DNA of 64,000 nt, taken from NCBI GenBank assembly GCA_964658305.1, contig OZ210884.1, forward strand, positions 4,526,001 through 4,590,000. The letters run 5' to 3'. The position numbers were made by a program, and so were the translations under genes. Shown in pieces: positions 48,199 to 61,581 of the stretch. Numbering within the stretch: position 1 is the first letter of the stretch; each line of letters opens with the position of its first letter. Under the pieces are notes generated by a model that saw nothing but the letters and a program-made list of their open reading frames with translations, ran no database searches and was not told the origin of the DNA. The DNA is from Leptogorgia sarmentosa (lineage: Eukaryota).

Positions 48199-51061
48199 CC
48201 CAGTAAGCACACCGACGTCGATTCAACGTCGAATCGACGTTACTACCTGACGTCGAAACGACGTCGAAAAACAGGTCGAAAACGCAAATCGAATCGACGT
48301 TAGACTTTCGACGTCGATTCAACGTTGACGTTTCGACGTCGATTCAACGTTAACTTTTCGACGTCGATTCAACGTTGAACTTTCGACGTCGATTCAACGT
48401 TGACTTTTCGACGTCGATACGACGTCGAAAAACAGGTCGAAAACGCAAATCGAATCGACGTTAGACTTTCGACGTCGATTCAACGTTGACGTTTCGACGT
48501 CGATTCAACGTTGACTTTTCGACGTCGATAGTACGTTGGAAAATGCGACGAAGTTGCAAATTGATCAAAATTAATAAATTTTCTGTTGCAATTTGTTTTG
48601 ATGATATATTTAATTTCGAAGTCAGTCGGTATCTTACATATTACAAATTATATACTTTAATACACTTGATTATTTACAAACACCGAACTGTAATTAAGCG
48701 ATTCCAATTTGGACCTATATATATTATACTATCTGCACTAATTTATTATCAACTAGCTATACGTTAATTAATTTGTTACCACGATATTATTTGAAAGAAC
48801 ATCTTACAAGTTTGGTAAAATTGCCAAGATTGGCTGTGAAATGTAGAATCCTGGCAAATTTTGTATTCTTCTGCATTTACAGTTATCAATCTTGTGTATG
48901 GACTATATGTTTATTATGAAAAATGTCCCATGATGATCAATTATAGATAGACTTTCTACTTCCCCCTTTCCTGTCCGGAGCATACTTTAAAATCTGTCCC
49001 ATTGCTTTATAAACATCACTTTCGGTGCTCTAATAAGTGAAAAATATCAATTAATTAAGCCTGTCTCTCTAATGTAGCTACAGTATATCCCTCTACATAA
49101 CTAAGCAGTTATCTTTATGATGGCTTTGTTAATCGAAAGCAAGTAATTCTCAATTTTCATCTTCAACACAATATGTGTGCCAGCCAGTATGGAATTAGCA
49201 TAGCAATGGCATTCTAGTTCAGGTTTATAGTCTCGATCTACTGTAGCCAGTTTAAGTCAACAAATTTTGAAAGGATATCAAAAAAATCAGTTTGCTTAAT
49301 TGCTTTTGCCAAACCTGATGAATTATGTCCCTACTGACTAGTGATTATTTGCTTAACAAACCAGATGAGTTATGCATGACCCTACTAACTAGTGATTTTT
49401 TGCTTAAAGCCCCCCCCCCCCCTCTTAAAAAATTCGCTTCCACTGCCTCTTTGTATGCTCAGTCTGCTTAGTTGGTTGTCTGAAATTCTATTTGAAAAAA
49501 TTGAAAACCAGCCAAAATCAATAACAAAAAATTTCCTACGCAGAAATACTCGGTTTTTAATATATCACTGATGAAACCAGGCTGACAAAGTCTAACTAAA
49601 CTACTAGATTGATTTGGATTGTAAAATGTAACTCTACTAATCAAATACACAAACGTTACACATCATTGTCGGGGCAAGAGCTAGGAATCGACTTTTCTGT
49701 AGCATAGTATAAGAATATATGATACAGAATTGACCTTTATGTAGAAGCGATTAATTTTGTGAATTATAGTGCTGATCACTAGTGTTCCAGTTCAGTTTAT
49801 TGAACCAGCACTTTTGAAGCACGAGCACTTCGAACTTCGAAGCGCATCGCAGTGCACACTGATTGAACGAAATATAAAGCGATATATCACAAAATAAAAA
49901 TAAACAAGTTGCATATTATACAAACCTTTTCTGTAGTCTTGAATTAAATCAACTAAATGAACGGGAAATTATCCCCAAAAGACAAGAACAACGACAAGCA
50001 ATGAAATCCTTTGTGTGAAATTTTGAATACACGCGGTTTGTGAGCGTCTATCACAACACTTCCCATGATCCTCAGTCTCGCGTCATCGCCGATTGTATGC
50101 CGAGCCGAACGGCCCGAACCGAGTTTGGGCCGAATGCGCGACACCTTATTCGTATTACTATTTCGCCAAAGTCCAAACACGCGTGCAATTTTTCATTAAT
50201 ACTTCTCGAACCGAGTAATTTCCTATACAAATACCCTACCTAAAAATTCAAAATTATTTAAAAACTATCAATGTCTTAATAAATACGATCAATCACATGT
50301 TGAAAAAGGTTGAAATAGCAAACGTATAGTCGTCGGTACGAACTTTGCCCAAAGTGTTGATATGCAATTGTATGTTGGGGTATAAAAATATGCTGATCCA
50401 TATTCAACGTCAGCTATAGGGCCCAAAACGTGAATATATATATTTTTAATTAGTATGTTTTAATGTTCAGGTCAGGTTAACGACGTCGATTGAACGTCGA
50501 AACGAGGTCAATTTTTCGACGTCGATATTAAGTCAGGATAACGACGTCGATTGAACGTCGAAACGAGGTCAATTTGTCGACGTCGAATTAAGTCAGGATA
50601 ACGACGTCGATTGAACGTCGAAACGAGGTCAATTTTTCGACGTCGATATTAAGTCAGGATAACGACGTCGATTGAACGTCGAAACGAGGTCAATTTGTCG
50701 ACGTCGATATGAGGTCAGGTTAACGACGTCGATTCAACGTCGAAACGAGGCCAATTTGTCGACGTCGATATGAGGTCAGGTTAACGACGTCGATTCAACG
50801 TCGAAACGAGGTCAGTTTGTCTACGTCGATATGAGGTCAGATTAACGACGTCGATTCAACGTCGAAACGAGGTCAGTTTGTCGACGTCGATATCAAGTCA
50901 GGTTAACGACGTCGATTCAACGTCGAAACGAGGTCAATTTGTCGACGTCGATATGAGGTCAGGTTATCGACGTCGATTCAACGTCGATATATAGTCGATC
51001 GACGTCCCGACCAAATATCAACCTAAATTCGACGTCGAAACGACGTCGTGTGTTTGCTGGG
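48199..51061. mobile_element. CMC/EnSpm-like deletion-derivative transposon with ACGTCG-rich subterminal repeats and 2-bp TSD
   Basis: TT|CCCAGTAAGCACACCGACGTCG...CGACGTCGTGTGTTTGCTGGG|TT. Subterminal repeats at 48210-48530 and 50465-51050. Confidence 0.85.
50465..50990. repeat. 61-bp tandem repeat (about 8-9 copies), CpG-rich
   Basis: Unit GTCAGGTTAACGACGTCGATTCAACGTCGAAACGAGGTCAATTTGTCGACGTCGATATGAG shifts by one base per 60-nt line. Confidence 0.92.
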
Positions 51062-52154
51062 TTGTTTGGCAACACGTCCGCGATTTATTGCGATATTAGG
51101 GAAAAAATGGCAAAATTCAAGGCAATCTTGGGCGATCTTAGGCAATATTGGGTGATATTATGTAAGGTTTATTTGGGATTATTAAAAAGTTGATGCCTTC
51201 TCTCAATTCAGAGTTCAGACCCCCTATTAAGTCCAGGATGCTTATTGTCGATTGATAATATATGTCGATCATAGGCAATCTTGAGCAATTTTGGGCGATC
51301 TTGCACCCTGGAGTAGGCCTCGGAAGGGCGACATATTTTTCCTCAATTTTCTGTTATTGATCTGCGCGTAGAAATTAATCGGACTGCTTGACTTCTAAGC
51401 GGAGTTTACATGTAGTATATAACTATGATTTATTTTATGCATATAGTGTCATTAGAAAGTCCATGTGTATCTACATGCGAATCAGAAACAAGTTAGTGTT
51501 TACGGACCAAATAAATTTATCTTTGGCCAATCATTCAAATTTATTTGTTTTTCGTTAAATTATTGGCAGATGAGTTGGTGCACACACGATAAAATAACTG
51601 TGTAATTGAGCATGTATAATCGCACAAGAGACAAAGCGAAACTGAAACGAAACAGCATGGTATACTTTTTGCCTGTTATTTTTGAATAATTATCTTCTCC
51701 CGTCTCCTACAAAGTGATATAACAAGCCGATCAGACCAAAACAATATCATGAATTTAGCTGAGGTTGTCATGGCATTAAATTTTCTGCGAAATTGCGTTA
51801 AAGCGACTAAATTTAAACTCAAATTCATTTGCCAAAAGGTGGCTGTATAACTGGGCAGCTAGGTTAGTGGGTTATAGATCGTTCCTTTAACTTTAATGTT
51901 CAAGTCTTAGCTATACTAACAGTGAGCATATAACTATACGAGTGAGCCAACTGACTTGGAAGATGTTCATAATCGAGGGAATGTTCAGGAAAATACCGTT
52001 CAACAATATGGTATTCAAATAAATTTTGTTGTTCTCGCAGTTTGATGAGCTCTTAGAATTCGGAGCTGAAACGAAATGATTGTTGTGTGCAGCATATTGT
52101 ATCAAAGTTCTATTATGATGTGCTTGCTACGTCTTTGCATACAACCGTATGGAA

Positions 52155-52161
52155 TATAAAA
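52155..52161 (+). promoter_or_regulatory. Candidate TATA box before a probable non-coding first exon (donor GTAAGT at 52269) of the LDLa gene
   Basis: TATAAAA, then a consensus donor. The ATG at 52670 lies 2 nt after an AG acceptor. Confidence 0.4.
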
Positions 52162-52669
52162 GACCTGCGCATTCTTTCATTTGGTTAGAATACCGCTCAT
52201 GTTCGACTGAAGAGGGAATAAGTCACAAATAGCAAGTTAATTTTTTTCAAAAGACCTCAAAACAATCAGTAAGTGAGTATAATCTATATACCCTGTGATA
52301 GATTTTTTGACATTTTACACACGTTGATTAAAGTTTTATGTGACGTATTTTCAAAATTCCACCATCTCGTTTATATACGCGTTATCGAAGGATCATCATC
52401 AACTTGAATCAATGCATGTATGCATCAATACTTCGGTCTGAAAATGTGCATGTGTTGAATGCCGTATATTAATTACAGAGTATCAAGCAGACGCAGCTTC
52501 ACAATTAATATTTCGGCCAGAATATCTCGATTTGTGTAATTTAAAGCTTTGCATCGGGAATAATAGCTAATTGTAGATAATTTTTCATGGATACACCATG
52601 TTTATTTATTAAAAATCTAGATTTTTAGGCACTGAAAGTTAATAACTGATGATATTTTCCCGTGTAGAA

Positions 52670-55616
52670 ATGAACCCTATCGTCTTTGCAAGTTTATCAG
52701 TTTTGGTAATCTTTGGACAAACTGTGGTTGCAGTTGGTTACACCAGAAAATGCAAGAGTAACACAGAACCTTGTCTGAATTTCAAATGCGAAGCCACTCA
52801 GGATCCTATTAGTGTTCCATTCCATTTGCACTATTCGTGCTGTAAAGGTGAGATTCCTTCAGCATTCCTTTGATTCCTTTAGTAAAGTGATTTCGAATTC
52901 ATTGGACAATGCAAACCATAGGAAAAGTGCTGTCGGGTTATCTTAAATTAATCTAAAAATGGAAGTTCTTATATTAGCTAGTAAATGTCATATCATTAGT
53001 TAATCAAGTTTCGAAATTCGAAGTCTCTGGCGAGCTTGGATTTGCATGACGTTCTTGTAGTTTCGACAATATGAAGATTATGTAAGTCGTTTAGAAGTAG
53101 GTTTTTAATGCCGGATAATTCATGCGCAGATCAGGATGTCTCTTAAAGCCTATAGGGGCAAGGCTGTCCCTTGCTCTATAGCACGATAGTGCACAAATTT
53201 GAAGACGCTGAGAAGCATGCACGGAGAAGTTCCCACGAAAACTATACATTTTCTTTGGTAGACATGTATGAACAAATAAGCGTGAAGCATGCATAAAAAT
53301 GTTTGATAAGAAGCAAGTAGGGGAAAATCTATTTTGGGATAATCGGTCTCGTTCGTTTCATCAAAATTTTCAAAACTATAATAGTTTGTAGCTACTACAT
53401 GCTACCTGTCAACCACTGAGAATAGGGAAATTTGAAAAGCCATATAATAATTTGGTTTATTCCTGTATGTCGTTTGAATAATTATAATAAAAAACTTACT
53501 GACTTCGACCTCGCTATCGCTTGGTCAATACAGCAAGACCTCAGTTTGATATTTTCTCGTATAGCCCTCACTCTCAGTCAGTAAGTTATTAATAAGTTGA
53601 GATGAGTTATGAGTGTTCAATAATTGTATCTTATCTTTGCCGAACATCTTTAATTGGATTATATTATGTATCCTGTCAATATACCATAAAACACGAAGGT
53701 GACACGTCGAGAATGTACATGTATGTACACGAGAATTTGTGCAGCGTTCATGACAGCATTAGTCATTTAATTCCATTTCAGTACAGCTCGGGCATGTTCG
53801 GCATGTTCGTTATCATTAATTTCAAAATAAAATTTAAAAATTAAGCTAATTATAACTGTATTACAATTTGCAATGTAGGACATCTATTTGACCAGCAAAA
53901 GTTCGCATGTGTTCGTCTTCGTTATTTCTCCTATATAACGACTCTGCTTGTGAAATGTGATAATTGCACGCAGTTTACATGTGGTGATGGCCAGTGTACG
54001 ATGAAACAATGGAAATGTGACAACTTCAAAAACTGTATAGATGGAACTGATGAGGTACGTAACTATACGAAAAGTGACTGCAGTATTTGCAGCAATTCGT
54101 TGTTTATAGCTAGATATATTGTTTGATAGTCTTAATTCATGAGTGAAGGTTAGTGCTGTAAGAAAAGATGATGAAAGGGGCTCTCACCAAAACAGTTTTC
54201 TAATTCTTCAATCAATCTTTTTGTGCTACGCCAAAAGAAAGCCAAGAGACCTTCGGTTAATATATAATTATGCACACATATATGTATAATTATGTATTAA
54301 TTAAATACTAATTTGCAGAAGCTAAGATACATTTTGAAACTGATTGAAGATTGAGTCTTTCATCGTTACGTTTTCCGTTATAAATGTGCTTCATTTGACT
54401 GAACAGTTATTGGTGCAGTGAATTTTAAAGTGAATGTGAATTGTGAGGTGAAATTCATGATTTTCAAGAACATAATGGCGTCACAGCCGGGTGTGGTGCG
54501 TTAGCCGGGGTATTCTGCTCCAAGTAACCATTGCAAGAAACACTGAAGACCCCAGACCTCCCCTGCGCGCGACGCCATTGTGCAAATGGTCTATTGTACT
54601 ACCCGTTTTTGCAATTAACAGGTTGGTTGCGGGCCTTGTGGAAAGGATGAATTCTACTGCAGAAATGCTGATCAATGCATCAGTGCTGCTCGCGTTTGCG
54701 ACAAGTCGATTGACTGCAAAGATGGATCTGACGAACTTAACTGTCCAAACAAAGATGGTTCTTTATGCGGCGGAGTTGACACTTTTCGTTGCTGGAACAA
54801 CAATGAGTAATGTCTAGTATATAATAATCATGTTTGCGTGAATTTCTATTGTTCTATTGTGTTGTATTAGTAACTAATTCACGCTCCTACTCAAATGTAC
54901 AGGTCGTATTAGAACTAATACGACCTCAGTTGACGTCACTATACGGGTCGTATTAGTATTACTTAGTATTGCCACATCACCTGGAAAGTTTGAGCAAAAT
55001 TATCACAAAATTATGCACTGAAAAACATACAAACATTTAATCGTTGTCATTACTTGCTAATGTAGACATTTACCGTCGGTCCCAAGATGTGTGCTTTGTG
55101 GTATATTTTGGTATTGCATCTTTCCGACAAGCCACAACATTCTCTTTAGTACAGAACGTCTTATAAAACTCCGCCGACATCATTGACAGTGTCTGAACAC
55201 TGATTTGGGTGAAATTAAAATAATATTACAAAATAAAAATAATTTGCAAAAATAATATTACAAAGTAATATCATGAAATGAGGAGTGTTAGTCAGTAAAA
55301 CCAGACTCGAGCGGGTGGTTTAATGACTAATAATCCTCATTTCATGATATTACTTAGAAATATATCCATAGCGCAGTTTAATATCAAATTATTGGAACTA
55401 TTGGGTACAAGCGTTTACCTTTGGATATTTTTTACTCTTAGGTGTATCCATTGGAACAATGTTTGTAATGGAGTTAATGATTGCGACGATAATTCGGATG
55501 AAGGTGGTAACTGCGACAGGGATACGGGAAAACGAGATGAAATCTCCACCTTTTCTGAAGACGGTGGAGTTGGAGGGAATGGAGTTGACGCTTCGACTGG
55601 AACTGTTGTTAGTTAA
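52670..55616 (+). CDS. Small secreted protein with three LDL-receptor class A repeats, 237 aa
   Basis: Exons 52670-52847, 53879-54054, 54622-54806, 55442-55616 (714 nt, in frame). Signal peptide MNPIVFASLSVLVIFGQTVVA. LDLa motifs: FTCGDGQC...WKCDNFKNCIDGTDE, FYCRNADQCI...VCDKSIDCKDGSDE, FRCWNNNECI...VCNGVNDCDDNSDE. No TM segment. Confidence 0.9.
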
Positions 55617-56652
55617 TTTGCTAATTATTGAATATAGCTAGAAGTTCGTACCAGATGCACTATGGCATAAATATCTTGAGAAACCAGTTCAAAGTTATAT
55701 GTTTATCTATACTTGCAAATTCTCCTTAGGAATTAGTTTCATGTCACTATAGCACACATATAACAGCTTGACTAATCTCCTCCTCTCTCTTCGAATTAAG
55801 TCAAACCAAATACAAAGCACGATGCAAATAATAGTAAGAACATAGTTCAGTATATTTAAGAATAGCATTAACTAAATCTGATTTAATGGTACTGCACTTA
55901 CAGCTACACTCATTTTAAAATAATGGCATCCGACATAAAGCTAACGGTCATTAATTTTTTGCACATGTTATTCGAGAAATTCAGTAAATGTTTGTAACAA
56001 TATTCAATGTGTAGTTCGTTTCTATTTTGTTTTAAATTTAATTTAAGGATCATTGGATCACCATAACACAGTGGCACTGTGGACTCAATTTGCAGTGCTA
56101 TCCGCTATTTTGTCTAGGAAATCTTAACAAAATAATTTCATTTTTACAATCCGTCTTATAACCGAGAAATACTTTATGACTAATTTGTTCGATTCTTCCC
56201 GGTAGTTTACAACGATTGTGTTCTTATTAGTATTAGAAATAAACGTCTTCTATTCTATGGCAATGTTCTTATCAGGACAGTTTGCCAGTTTATTGCATCA
56301 TTAGTTTTAAAAAATTTAATTGACTGTAAAGTTTGAAGAAAATGGAAACCATCAATTGTACATTTTGTAGTTACGAGTTTGTAGTCTCAAATTCAGGATC
56401 TAGAATTTCTTCCGAAAGAAATATGCTGGTACGAAGCAAGTGCTATTATTTCCATTTGTCTCATTCTGTTTTTCTGTGTAACTAATTAATATTATTATTA
56501 AGTCATATAATTATTACATTATATCATTATTATATACTCGGCCATTAATTAAGTGTATCCATTAATCGGAATATAAATGTTCCAATAATCTATTTCATGA
56601 TCAGTTCAGATTTTTTCTCGGACTTTTACCACTGTGAATACAACGTACATAT

Positions 56653-59600
56653 CTAGTTGGTAACCCACTCCATGTAACGTTCAAGGCCAGTTAACATACT
56701 CACCCTTCGTCGATTGACCGCTAGCTTGAAGAAAACGATTCTATTTTCATTGCGGAAACCATCGCGCAATCGAAGTTGAAATTCATTCCCCAGTTGTTTA
56801 AAACTTGGCAATTTTGGAGAGGTTCCACTTTCGGATCGCTTATGATAGGCATAAAATAAAGCACGAAGGTAATCTTGCCATTCATGAGAATTATCCAGGT
56901 ATTCCCTAAAGTTCGTTCGGCCACCTTCACGAAGAAGTGGATCTTTAGTATCCTGGATCATCATTTTGCACAAGTAAGCAAGTTGACCAATCGCTGGTGA
57001 TAAACTCACGTCTGCGTCAGGACAGAAATTAACCCAGTTATGACAACATGTTATCAACGTCGCGTAAGGGTTTCCTCGGTTTAGCTTGCCAGAATAAACA
57101 CTAAAAATCAATAAAATAAAATAAAATAAAATAAAATAGAATAAAATAAGATATGCTGAAATCACGAATTCTGGCGTCAATCTATTGTCATTTACACGCT
57201 TCAATTTTCGAGTGAGATAGCAAAAACGTCAGTCAGGGTGCCAAAGATGAACTGACGAGACGAGACGTAAACGCGGAAACATGTTGGTATACGGTCCTTC
57301 ACCTAGGTGTCCGGGTGTCTATTCCCAATATTGCACTGCTCACCTCCCTTGTGGTCGTTTGAGAACTGTGCTCTCACGAATCTATGCGCATGATTCCATG
57401 CATTGGTGTCTTGGTACCGTATTATACCACGTGCTTCTAGTTGGAGCACTCTCATCTGGTTATATACCAAGTCAACATGTATCTACATTTGTGCAAAGCT
57501 GCACTGTGACAACAAGTATACAAAGCAAAGTTAAAGGAGAATAGCGTTCCAAACCTGCATACAAAACATATCCTACCTTAACAATTCCGGAAGAAGAATA
57601 TAGTCCATGAGATTCGATGTCAAAATTCTATCATACTTGTCGTCTTTGCCCAGCATTTCATCTATCTTCATACAATCTCCAAAAATAATGGCAAAGCTGA
57701 CTTGTTTGGAAGTAAGTTTCTCCATTAGAGTGGTTAGCTTGGACTGGGTATAGCTACCATACATGGAGATAATTGAGCCACGGTCGTTAAACTTCTTCAC
57801 ATCAATATAATCCCAACCGCAAAATGGAAGAACGCTGGTTGGAACACAGTATGTGAAAGGCCCCTCTTCAGAAAAAACAGGAGGTCCAGTAAGGGTGGGA
57901 TTTCCCGCGAATGAACAGTGCTTTGTACATTGAAAAACACCATCTTCCATATACTTTTTAGCTGAAGCGCTAAATTTCTTTGGAATGGTATTGCAATATA
58001 GAATTTTGCCTTCAAAACTATTGCGATCTGCATTCATTGCTTTCTGGCGTTGCTCTTGGATAGTTGACGTAGCTTGCACTCTCAGGTCAAGCCATCGAAT
58101 CCAGATGACTTTTATTTCTTTGTAGCAATTTTCACTCATATTGATGAGCCCATCTGTTGCTGAAATCAAGGCATTGGCACCGCTTAAACCAAGAAGTCCT
58201 TTAAGTGATTCACAAAGGTAGTTGTAGGTTTTTTCGCTTAGTACCGTGGAGTACCAAAGTTCTGTGATGATATTAACAACGCTTGAATCACCTAAAATAA
58301 TATTTGAAGGAAAAGTTGCATAATCGGTACAATTCAATTTGGTACCATAAGTATAAACCATAATGTGTTTTTCTCATTTAATCGTGAAAGACAGACTCGA
58401 ATAATCGAGAAGGGTTGAATTTTGCGCATGGTTTGTCAGAAAACATTTTTCATCATTGCCAAATCAACATTTGAATTAGGAATTAACATATATTAGGAGG
58501 AATAAATTCCTTGATATAATTCGTCAAGGAGGCTTTCTCTGCAGTTTTGAAAACCCACGGTTTTTAATGGGTTTAATAACTTTAGTTATTGTAATGAATA
58601 AAATTCATGCAGTTATACGTCAAAGTTTTTTGGACTTGTCATGTCGTGTTACAGACAAGTTTGGTCAAGTTTTAGAAGCAACAGGAAAGGCAGATAAACT
58701 GCTGTGAATATGTTATTGTTCCTAAACCAACGACAACTAAAACAATATTCTCTCCATAATTCTATATTCGTATACATCACAGGGGTTACATAATTAAGTA
58801 TAAAAGATACAAAAACACATGCATGACTTTGTGCATTCGGTGCAAACAAAATTAAATATGAATTGCCAGCGTGACATTGAAAGAATAAAAACTTTTATCG
58901 TAGATTATCACGAGCAAGGTTGACGCAACTATATAATTATATAGCCTATATACCTCTCAGAAATTGTACGAGCGCCTCCACAACATTTAGCCTAATTTTA
59001 AATATTAGGTAGCTACATTAAATTTTAATATGTCGTTTCATAAATGTCGCCACATAATAATAAATACATTGAATATATGGCCGATAACATCAACAAATAG
59101 AAAAAGTTTTACTGACAATAACACATGCAATTAGATTTGATTCCAACTTCGTCGGATCGGGAAGTCGTACGCGTATGATGAAATTTTTGTTAAATAGTTA
59201 CTTGTTAAATACTTAATTCTGTTAACCTGAACTGCGAATTAGTTGTCATGGGATTGGGGAATTAATAATACACTTCAAATTCACCTAGGCTATAAAGTAC
59301 CGCCAAATCCATGCATATATGCAGGAGCATAGGATAAACAAGACCTATACACCGTACTTTTACAATACAAGCAGAGAAGAATTGTTACCACGCTACTGCA
59401 CCGGATAAATCGATAAAAACTTACATTTAATCATCATGTATAGAAATAAAACCAATCTTGCCAAGACACATTTGTCTGAGTCGTTTAATGTAAACTCGAC
59501 CTTGCCTTGGAAACTTTCAGGTAGTGAAGCACAAGTGAGAACAACATTTCGTAAGTCACCCACACCAAGTACTAGGAGCTTCAAGTTAGAACTGTAATCG

Positions 59601-60022
59601 GCGCTCTCGTTTTCTGGCAAATTGAGATAATCTACGGCTGGGACATTTCCCCAGTAATAATGAGCGAAACAAATTCGAGAAGATTTCGGGCGAAAATACA
59701 ATTCGAGTTTTCTTGACAGTGACTTTATTTTTTCTACTGAGAGTTTACACTCGGCTTTGTGTTCATCTCGATGATTTTTTTGACAAATCCCGTCACAGTA
59801 AAAGGCACGGTAGCAGCCAGTGCACTTTTGCAGCCCAGAGCCAACCTTACGACATGATGAGCATGTATTAATCACAGATACTGGTCGACATTCAGCATCC
59901 CCGTGCCTTGCCACGTCATCTTCCTTGCATTTATTGCTGCAGTATTTCGCCACATCACAAGAACGGCAAACGACACTTGCTGAAGATTTACCACAGCGCC
60001 AACATTGAGAAAATCTTGGCAT
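56653..60022 (-). CDS. Double MYND zinc finger + DUF4470-type protein, 586 aa
   Basis: Exons 60022-59425, 58291-57577, 57100-56653 (1761 nt, in frame). Two CxxC..CxxC...YC...C...H...C fingers, followed by YYWGNVPAVDYLNL, LLVLGVGDLRNV, LNDSDKCVLAR and YDRILTSNLMDY. Confidence 0.88.
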
Positions 60023-61581
60023 TTTACTTGGCGTTTGAACGAAATAATGAAAGCAACACGAAACAATATTATACGTTTGATAGCCGGAAATTGGTAATTG
60101 CTAGCTATGCAAACACAAACAGGTATATAAATTACCTTTTTTTCCAGGAAACGTTTTTCCAGTTAAAGACACCGGAAGGCAGTTCATTATTGTAGACGCT
60201 TTCCCTCCATAAAACAAAGTGCTTCTCCAAACCCTATATCCATGAAGGGAAATACGCAAAAGCCCCTTCTTAATAAAATAAAGAAAGCTGATTTTTCATA
60301 TTCCGTTAGGATTCATGATCTTTTTGATCTTTTGAAGGCTAAATTTATTAAAATTTTAAATAAGAGCTCATATTGTGAGAATGACACTGCTAATATTGAT
60401 TCCACTATGAATATGGGGAAATGTATAAAAAAAAATGATAAAAAGACAATGGAATATTTATTGGAATATACGCGTTGATGGCAAAAACGAACAGTGGTAT
60501 TTTCAAGACAAAGAACATTCGGATGAATGGATGATGGATGAGAAATAGTTTAAAATAAGTGTTTCTCTTTCGAAGTAAGGAACATTTTGATCAATGGATA
60601 ATGCCAGAATGACATGGAGAACAAAGGCATTTTCAAAATAATAAAAAGACAATAAAATTTTACTAGACCACGACTGGATTATTTAAACCACTTGGACATT
60701 TAAAGTAAATGGGAAATGAAGCGCCCACAATCGGAAATACCGAGAAGGTACTTGGTTGCGAGAGATCTCTTAGCTGCTCGTCACATCACCCACGCTATGT
60801 TAACAGCTTTTGGCAACAAGTACTGGATGATGTTAATTTGTTGCTCTTTTTGCTGCTTGAACTCGCTGTAACCCGCACATGGGCCGCACGTGCTACCAAG
60901 TTATGTTACAATTTATTACCTCGGAGGTGACGTCACATGCGCGCCATATATTCCGGCAAAGATGATTTTCGTATTTCTCTTCCCCAGTCTCCTCCCCAGG
61001 TGGTAACGAACTCCTTGGTCGACATGTAGGCTACTTACGCATGCGCACCAGAGCGCCATTTCAGACCTTAAAATTATGATTTAATTTGCCAACACAATAA
61101 CACTATGTTAATCATATTGCATTAAGTATATTTGCATTTTTTAAGTGTCTGTGCACTGTATTATCTATTTTACAATTGTCACCCAGCAAAAAGCAAAGTT
61201 TCCTCGTTACTTCTCTCAAACTGAGTAAAGACCTGACAGAACAGGAAGAAAAACTCAAGTTTGCAGGGGTGAAAAACAAAACCTACTACTCCTTGTGTAA
61301 TACGATTATCAAAAGAAACAAGAGCCATTCCAGCGATTATTTCGCCCATGTAGTTATACGACGACTCAATATCGGCATTACATCAATGTGTATACGTGAA
61401 GCTAAGATATACGTTCATAGGGTTATATGTTCGACCGACTGGTCAACTATTAAGTGTCTTTCTCAGACTATAATTACTCGAGTACATGATTAACTATCAG
61501 TTTGGTTATAATTTAAACTGATAGGTATGTTTTCCCAAAGTTTACAGAATGAACCAGCCACAAATGAGATGTGGACTTCAC

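Noticed and set aside
48210..51050. Palindromic repeats superficially like a CRISPR array
   Set aside because: No unique spacers and no cas genes, in a eukaryotic context. They are subterminal repeats of a TIR element.
54491..54817. 108-aa ORF MWCVSRG...
   Set aside because: Wrong frame. The real exon (54622-54806) encodes LDLa repeats in another frame.
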